A DNA stretch of 64,000 nucleotides from Felis catus (lineage: Eukaryota), in NCBI RefSeq assembly GCF_018350175.1, contig NC_058368.1, positions 217,126,001 to 217,190,000 on the forward strand. Direction: 5' to 3'. The translations under genes and the position numbers were made by a program. This document shows, piece after piece, positions 63,560 to 64,000 of this stretch. Positions within the stretch are counted from its first letter, which is position 1; each line of letters begins with the position of its first letter. The notes beneath the pieces were generated by a model. The model worked only from the letters and a program-made list of their open reading frames with translations. It was not told where the DNA came from and searched no databases.

Positions 63560-64000
63560 CCCTGTTACCAGTATAGCATGCTTTTCCACTTAAAAAATTA
63601 TAAGGAAAAATAAATGGCAAAGAGCACAACTTGAACAGACTGAACAACATCAGAACTAGAGTCAGATATGGCAGAAATGGTGGGTTTAACAAATTGGGAA
63701 CTAAAACAAACAAGGAAGCAAACAAAAACTATGATTAATATGGTAGAGATTCCAATGGAAAAGGTGGACAACATGCAAAAATAGATGGGCAATGTAAGCA
63801 GAGATGGACACTCTAAGAAAGAATCAAACACATGCTAGAGTTCAAACACACTAAATGTAAATGAGAATGCTTTTGATGGGAAATTGCCTTTGATGGCCTT
63901 AATAATAGACTAGACATGACTAAGGTAAAAAATCTCTGAGCTTGGGGATATTTCAGTAAAAACTTCCAAAACTGGAAGGGAAGAGAAAACATACTAGAAA
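63560..64000 (+). mobile_element. Ancient L1M ORF1-region remnant, runs off the window
   Basis: actatgattaatatg...atggaaaaggtggacaacatgcaaaaatagatgggcaatgtaagcagagatgga...aatgcttttgatggg...tagactagacatg. Confidence 0.75.

Noticed and set aside
1..64000. CRISPR arrays, operons, rRNA or NUMT
   Set aside because: Mammalian nuclear DNA with no regularly spaced repeat-spacer array and no rRNA or mitochondrial similarity seen.

Overview
AT-rich, repeat-dense mammalian DNA from a felid, most likely genus Felis. The call rests on many carnivore tRNA-derived CanSINEs (SINEC_Fc type), young L1_Fc-type LINEs and an RD-114/ERV-DC-like LTR. I cannot recognise any known intact protein-coding gene. Securely supported content: more than 20 CanSINEs, three 5'-truncated carnivore L1s with TSDs, older L1M/L2 remnants, MaLR/ERVL/ERV1 LTRs, Tigger and hAT DNA transposons, and a processed HSBP1 pseudogene whose remaining ORF is fused to a SINE tail. 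Most interesting observations: (i) a speculative three-exon, phase-compatible minus-strand gene model (60.4 kb, 46.0 kb, 29.5 kb; 130 aa; candidate polyA site near 28.5 kb); (ii) a young gammaretroviral solo LTR nested in an older LTR; (iii) template-switch scars at 2.2-3.6 kb; (iv) re-use of the same L1-endonuclease sites. Repeat family names come from visual recall of consensus sequences and need RepeatMasker/Dfam confirmation.
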